Shown here: piece by piece, positions 46,747 to 55,476 of the stretch
How the letters are laid out: each line of letters begins with the position of its first letter
How positions within the stretch are numbered: the first letter of the stretch is position 1
Virus record (IMG/VR): IMGVR_UViG_3300035145_001165
Coordinates: 16,458-80,457 of that record
From: a virus
Reading direction: 5' to 3' (one strand)
DNA length: 64,000 nt
Program-made: the position numbers and the translations under genes
Notes under the pieces: model-generated
Database searches by the model: none
Seen by the model: only the letters and a program-made list of their open reading frames with translations
What the model was told of the DNA's origin: nothing

Positions 46747-47724
46747 TCACTTCAGCTTATCAGTGGCAGCGAGTGCCTTCTGACGCAACTCCTCAGGAAG
46801 AGGAACATAACCAAGAGCGTCTGCTTTACCCTGTTGTGTAGGGGTCAGCATCCAGTTGAGCATCTCCTTCACCTCAGCATTCTTCTCATACTCAGGATAC
46901 GCTAGGATCCAAGTAAGGGAGACAATAGGGTATGCATTGGAACCAGCAGGGTTAGCGTCAGCACCACGAAGCTGATCGTCCAGGACGATCTTTGATAGAC
47001 CTGCTGCAGATGTTTCAGCATTTGCTGTGACATAATTACCTGCCTTGTTTTGTAGAGCAACCTGTTGGAACTTACCACCACTTACATAACCATAATTCAG
47101 ATAACCGATAGCACCTTCAGTGTTCTTGATGTTACCAGCAACACCAGAGTTGCCCTTACCACCAATACCAACTGGCCACATAACAGACTTACCAGTTCCT
47201 ACAGTCTTCTTCCACTCAGGAGAGAATGCTGACAGAGAGTTAGTGAAACCTTTGGTGGTGCCACTACCATCAGAGCGATGAACGGTAACAATCTGCTTGT
47301 CAGCACAACCAAATGTGCTCCAGTTAGTAATCTTACCAAGGAAAACATCAGCAAGTTCAGTCTGTGTCATCTTGGCATCACAACCAGGATAGTTGTATGC
47401 AGGAACGATAGCACCACCAGTCATAGGAATGTGAACCATACCTTCAGCAGGTTGCTTGCTGTCCTTTACGGCACCATCAGAGGCACCGAAGTCAACAGTC
47501 TTTGCCTTGAACTGACGGACACCAGCACCACTACCAACTGCTTGGTAGTTTACTTTGTTGCCAGTTGACTGAGCGAAGTCAGCCAGAACAGCATTGTAAT
47601 AAGGAGCAGGGAAGGTAGCGCCTGCACCATTCAGGGTGAACGGTGCTTTTGCACTCTCGGTGGAACCACACGCCACCACCAGGGGTGCTGCCAAGGCGGC
47701 AGCAGCGATTGCTTTGAGTTTCAT
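46747..47724 (-). CDS. pstS: Phosphate-binding lipoprotein
   Basis: GAGATFP; GSGAG; DFGASD; HRSDGSGTT; lipobox VVAC. Confidence 0.97.
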   Translation of the reverse strand: MKLKAIAAAALAAPLVVACGSTESAKAPFTLNGAGATFPAPYYNAVLADFAQSTGNKVNYQAVGSGAGVRQFKAKTVDFGASDGAVKDSKQPAEGMVHIPMTGGAIVPAYNYPGCDAKMTQTELADVFLGKITNWSTFGCADKQIVTVHRSDGSGTTKGFTNSLSAFSPEWKKTVGTGKSVMWPVGIGGKGNSGVAGNIKNTEGAIGYLNYGYVSGGKFQQVALQNKAGNYVTANAETSAAGLSKIVLDDQLRGADANPAGSNAYPIVSLTWILAYPEYEKNAEVKEMLNWMLTPTQQGKADALGYVPLPEELRQKALAATDKLK

Positions 47725-47735
47725 TCTCCTTTACC

Positions 47736-48098
47736 TCAGAACTTGTACTTGGTTCCGACTTCAACCTTCCAGTCGCGAGTGTCATCGCTATCTTGGAAGA
47801 CGTTCTCCCACTTACCATAAGCAGAGAAGGAATCAGTGATCTTCAGTTTGCTACCAACTTCAAGAACCTTGAAGGTGTCACTGTCACCACCGTCAGGGTA
47901 GGAGACACCCAGACCTGCTTCGATGTAGGGTTTCAGAGCACCCATTTTAGTTTCATATCCGATTCGACCTTGGTGAACTGCCTTGGAATAATCTTCATCA
48001 GTTCCTTTAAATTCGTGTTTGGACTCAACATAGGGTCCTGCAAGGGCAGGTGTCGCCAGGGCGGAAAGTGCCAGTGCGGCAAGAGCGATTGCTTTCAT
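47736..48098 (-). CDS. Small outer-membrane beta-barrel-like protein in the pstS operon
   Basis: Signal peptide, AGPYVE, amphipathic strands, terminal KYKF. Confidence 0.7.
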   Translation of the reverse strand: MKAIALAALALSALATPALAGPYVESKHEFKGTDEDYSKAVHQGRIGYETKMGALKPYIEAGLGVSYPDGGDSDTFKVLEVGSKLKITDSFSAYGKWENVFQDSDDTRDWKVEVGTKYKF

Positions 48099-48129
48099 TT
48101 GTAATGTACAGGGGGTTAACTTTAGTCTT

Positions 48130-48160
48130 AAAAAAAGACCTCTGTATTGTAACAGAGGTC
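48130..48160 (-). terminator. Terminator-like hairpin
   Basis: GACCTCTGT-TACAAT-ACAGAGGTC followed by T7. Confidence 0.7.
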
Positions 48161-48170
48161 CGCTTATTTA

Positions 48171-48189
48171 GATTTAAGGGTAGGTTAAA
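48171..48189 (-). promoter_or_regulatory. Pho-box-like direct repeat upstream of the pstS operon
   Basis: TTTAACCT-ACC-CTTAAATC, 11-bp period, similar to the cyanobacterial PyTTAAPyPy(T/A) box. Confidence 0.55.
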
Positions 48190-48203
48190 GTTGATTCCCT
48201 GAC

Positions 48204-48575
48204 TCAGAAGGAGTAGGTTACACCAAGCTTGGTGCCATAACCGTTGTCAGCATCGTCAACGCCACCAGCGAAGGAGAGTTCGCCATAGATGTCGAGTGCC
48301 TCGGTAGCAGCAACGCTGCCATAGACTTTACCAGACAGCACGGTGTCAGACTCACCACCGTCAACGACGACGAAGGAGGGACCGATTTGAGCGCCGTAGG
48401 AAACAGCACCAGCGGATCCAGCGTAGCCTACGTGAGCGTCGGTCGTGGTTCCAGTGTAGTCCGATCCCGTGAAACCAGAGTTTGCCTCTACGTTAACGTA
48501 GGGACCTGCAAGGGCAGCACCAGGAGCAGCGAAAGCGACAGCTGCAGCTGCAGCAGCGAAAGCAGTTTTGATCAT
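48204..48575 (-). CDS. Small outer-membrane beta-barrel-like protein (paralogue)
   Basis: Signal peptide, AGPYVNVE, terminal GVTYSF. Confidence 0.75.
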   Translation of the reverse strand: MIKTAFAAAAAAVAFAAPGAALAGPYVNVEANSGFTGSDYTGTTTDAHVGYAGSAGAVSYGAQIGPSFVVVDGGESDTVLSGKVYGSVAATEALDIYGELSFAGGVDDADNGYGTKLGVTYSF

Positions 48576-48668
48576 TGTAGTAAGGTTGTTGTGTACTTGC
48601 GGAATGGTTACCCGCAGATGGAAGGGGAATCGACATCTCCCCGTGGTGTAACGAAAAGTTACAAGTAG

Positions 48669-49115
48669 TTATTTATGCTTAGTAACTTTTTCAAAGAAGT
48701 ACGGGTTTCGCCCACCGAAGATGTGCTCCCCGTCTTTCTCCGCGTAATCATAGCATTCGATGGTGTCCTCTGTCAATCTAAAGTGAGACTCGACTTGGGC
48801 ACCACGGGCAGTACATAAAGGACTGCCTTTTCCGACCCACACCTCAAGGCGCGAATCGAAGGTGACAAGCATATCACAGTTCTCGTTCCTTGTCCAGTCA
48901 CTCAGGTAATTCCTGACCAGGACTTCAGTGTCGGAGAAGTAAACGAGATCGTGATACCGCTCGCGATAGATCTTACCGTCGTACATATACTTCTGCACAA
49001 CGTGGATGGTACCATCCTCATTAAGATCGTAAGTAAGTTGAACGTGGGAGTAAACCGTAGGTTGAGACTGAGCTTGCCTCAGGTTATCCCACTTGCCAAT
49101 TAACCAATCTTTCAT
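48669..49115 (-). CDS. cpeT: CpeT/CpcT-like bilin lyase
   Basis: G.WDNLRQAQSQP..YSHV...YRER...CD...D...G..IFG. Confidence 0.8.
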   Translation of the reverse strand: MKDWLIGKWDNLRQAQSQPTVYSHVQLTYDLNEDGTIHVVQKYMYDGKIYRERYHDLVYFSDTEVLVRNYLSDWTRNENCDMLVTFDSRLEVWVGKGSPLCTARGAQVESHFRLTEDTIECYDYAEKDGEHIFGGRNPYFFEKVTKHK

Positions 49116-49744
49116 CCTTCATCAATAGTAAGATTAAAACTGACAATAATTTTGTCTTCGGTGTCCTGGTTAGGACCCGTCTCGTGTTCCAACCAACCAG
49201 GGAACATCAACAGTGTACCTGTCTCAGGTACGATGTCAATCTCACCAGCAGTCTCGAAGATAAGATCAGGGTGACCTAGGTGGTTGATCAATGGTGCAAG
49301 AGGATTAAAGAATGTAATCGGTCCTGCTCCAGGTGGTTGCTTAAAATAATAAGCACCACTGATTTGAGAATTAGGATGTGTATGCCTAGGAATGTATGCT
49401 CCAGGACCATACACAGTCCACCACGCTTGACGTGCGTTGAACTTTACTTCTGGTACCCACTTCCGATATGTCTTATAGATGTTGCTCATAATGTGCATCA
49501 TCAGAGGACGATACTCAGGTACCTTGAAGAGATTCATATCATAGTAACAGGTTGTACCGTGTGTACCACGATCGAAAGTACCCTTAACATTCTCGTATCG
49601 GTTGTCTTCGTACGTGAGATTTTTGATGTCTTGATACATCTTTGCTTCAATCTCACTGAAGTCTGGTTGATCGGTATCGATTTGGAGTACCGAGAAAACA
49701 TCACGAGTATGTTTTTTAATGTTGTCAGTCACAGAGAACGTCAT
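49112..49744 (-). CDS. 2OG-Fe(II) oxygenase (TIGR02466-like)
   Basis: AWW...HTHPNS.ISGAYY...LMFPGWLEH...KIIVSFN. Confidence 0.88.
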   Translation of the reverse strand: MTFSVTDNIKKHTRDVFSVLQIDTDQPDFSEIEAKMYQDIKNLTYEDNRYENVKGTFDRGTHGTTCYYDMNLFKVPEYRPLMMHIMSNIYKTYRKWVPEVKFNARQAWWTVYGPGAYIPRHTHPNSQISGAYYFKQPPGAGPITFFNPLAPLINHLGHPDLIFETAGEIDIVPETGTLLMFPGWLEHETGPNQDTEDKIIVSFNLTIDEG

Positions 49745-50151
49745 CGCAACAGAAAGTATGGTTTTAATTCTTCAAAATCAAACAGGTAAAACTTACCTAC
49801 AGACGCGCCAGAGTGTATTAGTCTTTGCATACGATGCTTACCGTCAAGCAGTCTATACTTTTTCCCAAAAGGGTTAGACGCATTGGTAATTATACCAGGG
49901 TATTTTGGATCACACTCACGATACCGTACACCACCACAACAGGAACAGTTGTCTCCCTGCAGTGAAGGTAAGTTCATACCCCAGTATGCAATGTCATCCA
50001 GAGGAAGTTCTACTAACCTATCTGGACACAAAAGAGGGGCGATATCGCCAAGAAACAATATCGCCCTACTTGTTTTGGGGAACTCGGTAAACTTCCAGTT
50101 TCCGTAGATAGGATCTACCCATCCCCCAGTGTATTCAGCAGTACCATTCAC
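49741..50151 (-). CDS. ParB/Srx-like small Cys-containing protein
   Basis: YPGII...YRLLDGKHR. Confidence 0.55.
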   Translation of the reverse strand: MNGTAEYTGGWVDPIYGNWKFTEFPKTSRAILFLGDIAPLLCPDRLVELPLDDIAYWGMNLPSLQGDNCSCCGGVRYRECDPKYPGIITNASNPFGKKYRLLDGKHRMQRLIHSGASVGKFYLFDFEELKPYFLLR

Positions 50152-50468
50152 AGTTTGATGGTATCTGTGCCTTCACCGCCAGTGATAACAGTATCACCAA
50201 AGGTAATGACATCTTGACCAAGACCATAACCATAGTCTACAGGTTGTGCGGCACCCCAAGAACCATACTCCTCAGGAGCATAGAAGCTGGAAGAGAACGA
50301 AATAGTATCGGTTTCTTCCACGTGCTTGTGGTTGTCGGCAATGTGACGAAGACCCAGGTAATGACGCCACAGTTCAGCGAGCGTATTGGTTTCTTCGTTG
50401 GTATTCAGTCCGTGAATAACTGCTTCTTTAGCAGCAGCCACGGCAGATTTGTACTTAGTGCAACTCAT
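50148..50468 (-). CDS. Hypothetical protein
   Basis: ATGA-coupled; ELWRHYLG. Confidence 0.7.
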   Translation of the reverse strand: MSCTKYKSAVAAAKEAVIHGLNTNEETNTLAELWRHYLGLRHIADNHKHVEETDTISFSSSFYAPEEYGSWGAAQPVDYGYGLGQDVITFGDTVITGGEGTDTIKL

Positions 50469-50611
50469 CGTTGTTCCAGATAGCAGTAATTAAATTCCCG
50501 ACGACCAGCCTCGGTAAGAAGGAACTCATCCAATTTGAAATCTTCCTTCTCTTCTTTGAACTTGATAATGCGACGCTGTGCAGCGACGCTAGATTTTACA
50601 ACCCAACCCAT
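50465..50611 (-). CDS. Small hypothetical protein (48 aa)
   Basis: Not in track; MGWVVKSSVAAQRRII...; start and stop both overlap neighbours. Confidence 0.55.
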   Translation of the reverse strand: MGWVVKSSVAAQRRIIKFKEEKEDFKLDEFLLTEAGRREFNYCYLEQR

Positions 50612-50841
50612 CAAAATACTCCACTTTCAATAAGATCTGCTTCCACAGAATCGAGAATGACATTGTAATCATCCTCGGGATCATCATACAACTGGACTCC
50701 TCTATCTTCATAGAAGCGAATAAGTTTCTGATAAAGACGTGGATACTCTTCGTCGAGAGTAACGTCACCAGACACAGCAGCTGTTAACTTACCAAGATCT
50801 TGTTTGAACTTAGAAGTCAGTGAGGACTTGCGAACGGTCAT
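50611..50841 (-). CDS. Hypothetical protein
   Basis: Preceded by TTGACA-18 nt-TATACT (~50863-50892). Confidence 0.7.
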   Translation of the reverse strand: MTVRKSSLTSKFKQDLGKLTAAVSGDVTLDEEYPRLYQKLIRFYEDRGVQLYDDPEDDYNVILDSVEADLIESGVF

Positions 50842-50906
50842 TGTTTTCTAATGAACTCTAGTAGTATAGGAGAGGGGTGCCGATTTTGTCAACACCCTTC
50901 TTTAAT

Positions 50907-51110
50907 TTAGCAGGCGTCGTCGTGATTAGAATAAGTATCGTACCAGTCGGATTCCCCAACCTCACCTACGTGCTGTTCCAGATCCGTTGCTGGCACAGCG
51001 ACAACCCCACGCCCATCAGGTTGTCGAATGATGAATCTCTCACCAGCTTCGATGCGATCCATATACTTATCGAAATCTTTCTCGAATTCTACGACGCTAA
51101 CTTCAATCAT
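50907..51110 (-). CDS. Phd/YefM antitoxin-like protein
   Basis: VSVVEFEKDFDKYMDRIEAGERFII...G..VV.VP. Confidence 0.65.
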   Translation of the reverse strand: MIEVSVVEFEKDFDKYMDRIEAGERFIIRQPDGRGVVAVPATDLEQHVGEVGESDWYDTYSNHDDAC

Positions 51111-51766
51111 TTGTTAGTAAGTTCGCTCCAATCTTTGTTGAACTGATCCAGACCAGCATCAGTCAGGATATGATTGTACATATTATCAAACACCTTCAGA
51201 GGAAGTGTGCAGATATGTGCTCCATTGTACCACGAACGCACAGCGCGATGTACTTCACGGACAGATGCAGACAAGATCTGTGTCCGTACACCGTGGCGGC
51301 AGTACAGTTCAGAGATAGATCGAATAACTTCCAGTCCAGCAATGCTCTGGTCATCCAGGCGTCCCACAAAAGGAGACACGTAGGTAGCACCAGACTTAGC
51401 AGCCAGGATCGCCTGAGCGGCGTTGAAGATCAGAGTAACGTTAACAGACGTACCTTGCTCCGAGAGGGTCTTGCAGGCGAGCAGACCGTCCACTGTGCAG
51501 GGAACTTTAATCGTAACCTTAGGAGAGATCTCGCGATAGATCTCCGCCATCTCCAGCATCTCCTCAGCATCATCACCTGAAACTTCAGCAGAGATGCTAG
51601 CGTTCTCATCTGCAGCAAAGATGTCACAGATTTCTTCAATGACGACCCTGGGGTCTCTACCCTCTCTCAGCATAAGAGTGGGGTTAGTTGTAACTCCGTC
51701 GATCAGACCAGTGTAATAACGCTTTCTGATCTCATCGACATTAGATGTGTCGAGAAAAATTTTCAT
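51107..51766 (-). CDS. talC: Transaldolase (TalC/MipB family)
   Basis: MKIFLDT; GVTTNP; IKVP; NVTLIF; YVSPFVGR; start at 51766. Confidence 0.97.
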   Translation of the reverse strand: MKIFLDTSNVDEIRKRYYTGLIDGVTTNPTLMLREGRDPRVVIEEICDIFAADENASISAEVSGDDAEEMLEMAEIYREISPKVTIKVPCTVDGLLACKTLSEQGTSVNVTLIFNAAQAILAAKSGATYVSPFVGRLDDQSIAGLEVIRSISELYCRHGVRTQILSASVREVHRAVRSWYNGAHICTLPLKVFDNMYNHILTDAGLDQFNKDWSELTNK

Positions 51767-52371
51767 TGATGTGTCCAAGTGTGCCATTGATTTCCAGAGA
51801 CATTGCCTTCGGGGTCTCTGGTAGGGCAGAAGCAATCAAACGCTGCACTTACACGGACACCTTCCCCACTGTACGAACGAACAGCGTGGGAGATGTTTGG
51901 CGGGAAAAGCGTAAATTGCCCAAACTCGTTAGGCACATCAGTTTTTTGCCCGCCTAGTATATATGTAGTAGCAGTAGGTTTTTCAGACCCTAAAAAGACA
52001 TTACCAGAAACACTCTGAGGATTAACATCATAGGTTTTAGGTATCCCGAAGTGTCTATGAGGATAGATTTTGTTATCCATCCTTAGTATATTACCCCAGG
52101 ATTTGATCGTACAGACCTCACCTGAGGTAAGTGATAGGAAGTCAGCAACTATCTCCTTAATAAAGGGTAGAGCGTAACGTTCCCATTCTTCTAAGTCTAC
52201 TACAAGATTGTAGTAGTTTTGTTTTCCTGTGATCTGATCTTCAGGATAATTGAAGACAGATCTACCAAGGGAATTGATTCCCTCTTCACATTCTAGCAGA
52301 CTATCACGAAGAATTCTAGCAGTAGTTTCACCAATGTTATACTGCTTGAATCCATAATCATCTAGTTTCAA
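51763..52371 (-). CDS. 2OG-Fe(II) oxygenase-like protein
   Basis: SWGN...HRH...SGN...LFP..ISH.V...RVS.AFD. Confidence 0.75.
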   Translation of the reverse strand: MKLDDYGFKQYNIGETTARILRDSLLECEEGINSLGRSVFNYPEDQITGKQNYYNLVVDLEEWERYALPFIKEIVADFLSLTSGEVCTIKSWGNILRMDNKIYPHRHFGIPKTYDVNPQSVSGNVFLGSEKPTATTYILGGQKTDVPNEFGQFTLFPPNISHAVRSYSGEGVRVSAAFDCFCPTRDPEGNVSGNQWHTWTHQ

Positions 52372-52615
52372 AGTTTATCCTCCTAATCTTACGCTGACGA
52401 CGTGACTCCTGAAACTGTTTGTCTTCAGGTGATAGGACACCAGGAGTAGGACCAGATTGAAACTTATCTTTACTGATGATTTCAATCAGACTCAAGTCTT
52501 CACCAGTGATAGTAGTACCTGATACGGTAGACATATTAGGGCAACCACAACACTTGGTTTCAATAGTATAACTTGTTAACTCTTTACCACAATTTTTGCA
52601 ACGGATAGAAAGCAT
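52358..52615 (-). CDS. Small zinc-ribbon protein
   Basis: CKNC...CCGCPN. Confidence 0.7.
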   Translation of the reverse strand: MLSIRCKNCGKELTSYTIETKCCGCPNMSTVSGTTITGEDLSLIEIISKDKFQSGPTPGVLSPEDKQFQESRRQRKIRRINFETR

Positions 52616-52616
52616 C

Positions 52617-53405
52617 TTATTTTCTCCACAAGAATGACACGGGACATTTAGATTCCTCTACATCATCTTTGATCATACCCCAAGACTTCTTAGGCAACCA
52701 AGTCTTAAGACCCTGGTTGTTTCTGAACTTCCTGGTAACCTCTGGAGGAGGAACAAGATCTTCCCATCGTTCCAAGGAATAACTATTATCCTTGGAACCA
52801 CGGAAACGTACACAGTATAAGGGAGTACCCCTAGGGATGTCAACAGTTTGTTTGTGACATCTATAAGCACCATTGATAGAACGATACCATCTGCCTAGAG
52901 GAAATTCAGCAGTGATAAGTTCTAACCCTGTCTTATGATGTAAGTCAGGGTATGGTACCATCTCAACCCACAAATTTTTGTTAGGTTTCTTAGGCCAGAA
53001 CATCATACTCTGTGCCCACTGGATAACCAGGAACTGTTTGTATGAAAAGGGAGCGTGCTGATTAATACTACTATCGTAGTTACCAATCTTTCCTTCCTGA
53101 ATATACACGAAGTCAGCAGCATTGTTCTGAGGGAAACTAGTATCGTATACACGACCAGTTTCTTTTTCCCACTTAAAAGATATATCTAGTTGATTAAAAA
53201 TGACAAAGGTATTCGCCCAGTAACTTTTCCAAGCAGGACATTTATAGAAACTATGCTTCTCGTTATCCTTCTGGGTGTATTCTAGATATGTTACAGGTTT
53301 AATATAATACTCTGGAATGAACAACGGATGATTCATATCCGTCTGCTGCATACTAGCAGTCGCCTTAATGGTTTGGTAGTTAGGGGTGTAGTTAATTACA
53401 GTCAT
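52617..53405 (-). CDS. Hypothetical protein, paralogue of the adjacent gene
   Basis: CPAW.SYWANT.V.FNQ.D; RG.PLY..RF; KCP.SFLW. Confidence 0.75.
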   Translation of the reverse strand: MTVINYTPNYQTIKATASMQQTDMNHPLFIPEYYIKPVTYLEYTQKDNEKHSFYKCPAWKSYWANTFVIFNQLDISFKWEKETGRVYDTSFPQNNAADFVYIQEGKIGNYDSSINQHAPFSYKQFLVIQWAQSMMFWPKKPNKNLWVEMVPYPDLHHKTGLELITAEFPLGRWYRSINGAYRCHKQTVDIPRGTPLYCVRFRGSKDNSYSLERWEDLVPPPEVTRKFRNNQGLKTWLPKKSWGMIKDDVEESKCPVSFLWRK

Positions 53406-54202
53406 TTCCAGAGAAAACTAAAGGGACATTTTTCTTCTTCATCTTTTTTGATAAGACCCCAAGAGACACCTTTTACCCACTGCTTGAGGGACTGGTGCTG
53501 GTTCAGTTTAACCTTGAGTTCTTCAGGAGGATGAGCATCCTTCCAGCGGCGCAGATCATATGCATTATTCTTGCCACCCCTAAAGCGCATACAGTACATA
53601 GGTTGACCACGCTTCAGTTTGAACCTACTACCGTGTGCCTTGAATGCAGCGTTGACAGGTTTATACCAGCGACTAAAAGGATACTCAACACTGATAAACT
53701 CCAGTCCTGTGTCGTGGAACAAGGAAGGGTATGCACTACACTCAACCCAGATATTTCTCTCCTTCTTAGGCAACCACATAAACATCAGTTGAGGCAGTTG
53801 GAACACAAGGTTACCAACGTAATCCAAACCGATCTGTGTGCTGCTGTAATTGACACCATCACCACGAAGTTTACCCTCATTAATCATCAGGTAATCACCG
53901 AATGCTGACGGACGGAAACTCTGGTTAGTAATGAAACCAGAATCCTTATCATATTCGATTTCTAGATCAATCTGATTGAATACAACCCAGGTGTTTGCCC
54001 AATAACTACGCCAAGCAGGGCACTCCCAATAACTATGACCCTTGTGCTTCTCCTCTTCGTACTCCAGGACCCTCTGAGGAGGGATGTACGCCTCTGGAGA
54101 GTGCAGAGGGTGGTCCCAGATGTCTGTGTTAGATCCAGGAGGTTGTTCAATGAACCCACTAGGCAGGTGCCACACAGGTGCATAATTAATTCTTACTGCC
54201 AT
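53402..54202 (-). CDS. Hypothetical protein, paralogue of the adjacent gene
   Basis: Same motifs as 52617-53405. Confidence 0.75.
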   Translation of the reverse strand: MAVRINYAPVWHLPSGFIEQPPGSNTDIWDHPLHSPEAYIPPQRVLEYEEEKHKGHSYWECPAWRSYWANTWVVFNQIDLEIEYDKDSGFITNQSFRPSAFGDYLMINEGKLRGDGVNYSSTQIGLDYVGNLVFQLPQLMFMWLPKKERNIWVECSAYPSLFHDTGLEFISVEYPFSRWYKPVNAAFKAHGSRFKLKRGQPMYCMRFRGGKNNAYDLRRWKDAHPPEELKVKLNQHQSLKQWVKGVSWGLIKKDEEEKCPFSFLWK

Positions 54203-54765
54203 CAGTCTCTGTCTCCAAAACGAGGGGAACCATACTTACGGAAATCGAAATCAGGACCACACTTCTCATACTTCAAAGCAAATGTGTATCTAACTTCTTT
54301 ATTGAAGGTAGTAGCACGGTGCCACTGAGTTGCTTCAAAACACACAGCACGGTTAGGCAAAGGAAGTGATCCGTGGATACCGTTGCCATCATCCCAGAAC
54401 TCTGTACATCCGCCAGCGTTTCTTTCCCACTGTAAGTGAGGGTAGTATAGCACAGTATATGCTTCTAATCCTGGTATCTTTTCAGCATCAACGTGCCACC
54501 TAGGATACTCACAGGGAAAGAAAACATTGATGTACATACGTACTAGTTCATATCCATCTAGAACAGGGAATGCTTCTCTAGATGTCTCATCAAATTTCTT
54601 AAAGACTGCTTCTTTAGTTTTGATATTGATGGTGCACCCAGAAGGTTCCTCTGGGATGTCATCATACTCACCCCACCTCGCTTTACTGTTGACACAATAG
54701 TGCCACGCTTTGTGGTGAAGACGTTCAGGAAAGAAATCTTCCTTAGTATAAATTTCAAGAGTCAT
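54202..54765 (-). CDS. 2OG-Fe(II) oxygenase
   Basis: RMYIN...WHVD...GGCTEF...PNRAV.F...HRA...RYT.A.K. Confidence 0.88.
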   Translation of the reverse strand: MTLEIYTKEDFFPERLHHKAWHYCVNSKARWGEYDDIPEEPSGCTINIKTKEAVFKKFDETSREAFPVLDGYELVRMYINVFFPCEYPRWHVDAEKIPGLEAYTVLYYPHLQWERNAGGCTEFWDDGNGIHGSLPLPNRAVCFEATQWHRATTFNKEVRYTFALKYEKCGPDFDFRKYGSPRFGDRD

Positions 54766-55193
54766 ATTCCCAGAAGGGTTTCGTATAAATGCATAACGTT
54801 TTTAAGAACTAGATCATCACTATCTGGATGTTGTTCTTTACCATTACAATAATCAAGCCATCGCAATGAAGTTTTTAGAGGTTCGTCGTATTCTATCCCA
54901 CCCATAATACGGAAGGGACGAACTTCGGGTTGCGAGAAGATGTAAACGATCTCTTCTGCTTGCTCTCCGATGTTCTTGCGAACGTTTTCTCTAGTAAGAT
55001 TTAGGCGACCTCGGAGAGGGAAAAATTCGGTGCCGTAAATAGCGTGAAACAGACCAGCACGTTGTTCGTAATCTGGTCTGTTGTGGTGTGCTAGTAATTC
55101 TTGTACTCCCACAAGGTGATCGTAAAGAGTTCTAGTGTCGTGAGGGATGTCTTGTGTCCCTATAGATTTGAGGAAGTCTTTTTCTTTTTGCAT
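54762..55193 (-). CDS. HD-like (DUF6817-type) protein
   Basis: H..RTLYDHLVGV...AGLFHAIYGTE...IG..AE..VY.F. Confidence 0.7.
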   Translation of the reverse strand: MQKEKDFLKSIGTQDIPHDTRTLYDHLVGVQELLAHHNRPDYEQRAGLFHAIYGTEFFPLRGRLNLTRENVRKNIGEQAEEIVYIFSQPEVRPFRIMGGIEYDEPLKTSLRWLDYCNGKEQHPDSDDLVLKNVMHLYETLLGI

Positions 55194-55195
55194 AA

Positions 55196-55267
55196 CAGGT
55201 CCACTAGGAATCGAACCTAGAACATCCGCTTAGAAGGCGGGGGTTATATCCGTTTAACTATGGACCC
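55196..55267 (-). tRNA. tRNA-Arg (TCT)
   Basis: GGGTCCATAGTTAAACGGATATAACCCCCGCCTTCTAAGCGGATGTTCTAGGTTCGATTCCTAGTGGACCTG. Confidence 0.9.
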
Positions 55268-55272
55268 AGGGG

Positions 55273-55476
55273 TCAGGAAAATTCCCGATCGATCCACTCG
55301 CCAAACTCCTCCATCAATGCGATGCAGGCACCAGCGTCTTGGTTTTCTGTGTGATACTGGATCATATCCAGTACGTAGTTGTTGATAGCGGAGCGTTCTT
55401 CACTGGTCAAAGTAATCTTTACGGTAGTACCGTCCGAGAATATTGCTATTATAGTACGCTGGTGTCCCATCGTCAA
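55273..55476 (-). CDS. Hypothetical protein
   Basis: Co-oriented, overlaps the upstream gene; start uncertain. Confidence 0.5.
   Translation of the reverse strand: MTMGHQRTIIAIFSDGTTVKITLTSEERSAINNYVLDMIQYHTENQDAGACIALMEEFGEWIDREFS

Noticed and set aside
48648-48663. NtcA-like palindrome
   Set aside because: Spacing is GTA-N9-TAC, not the canonical N8.
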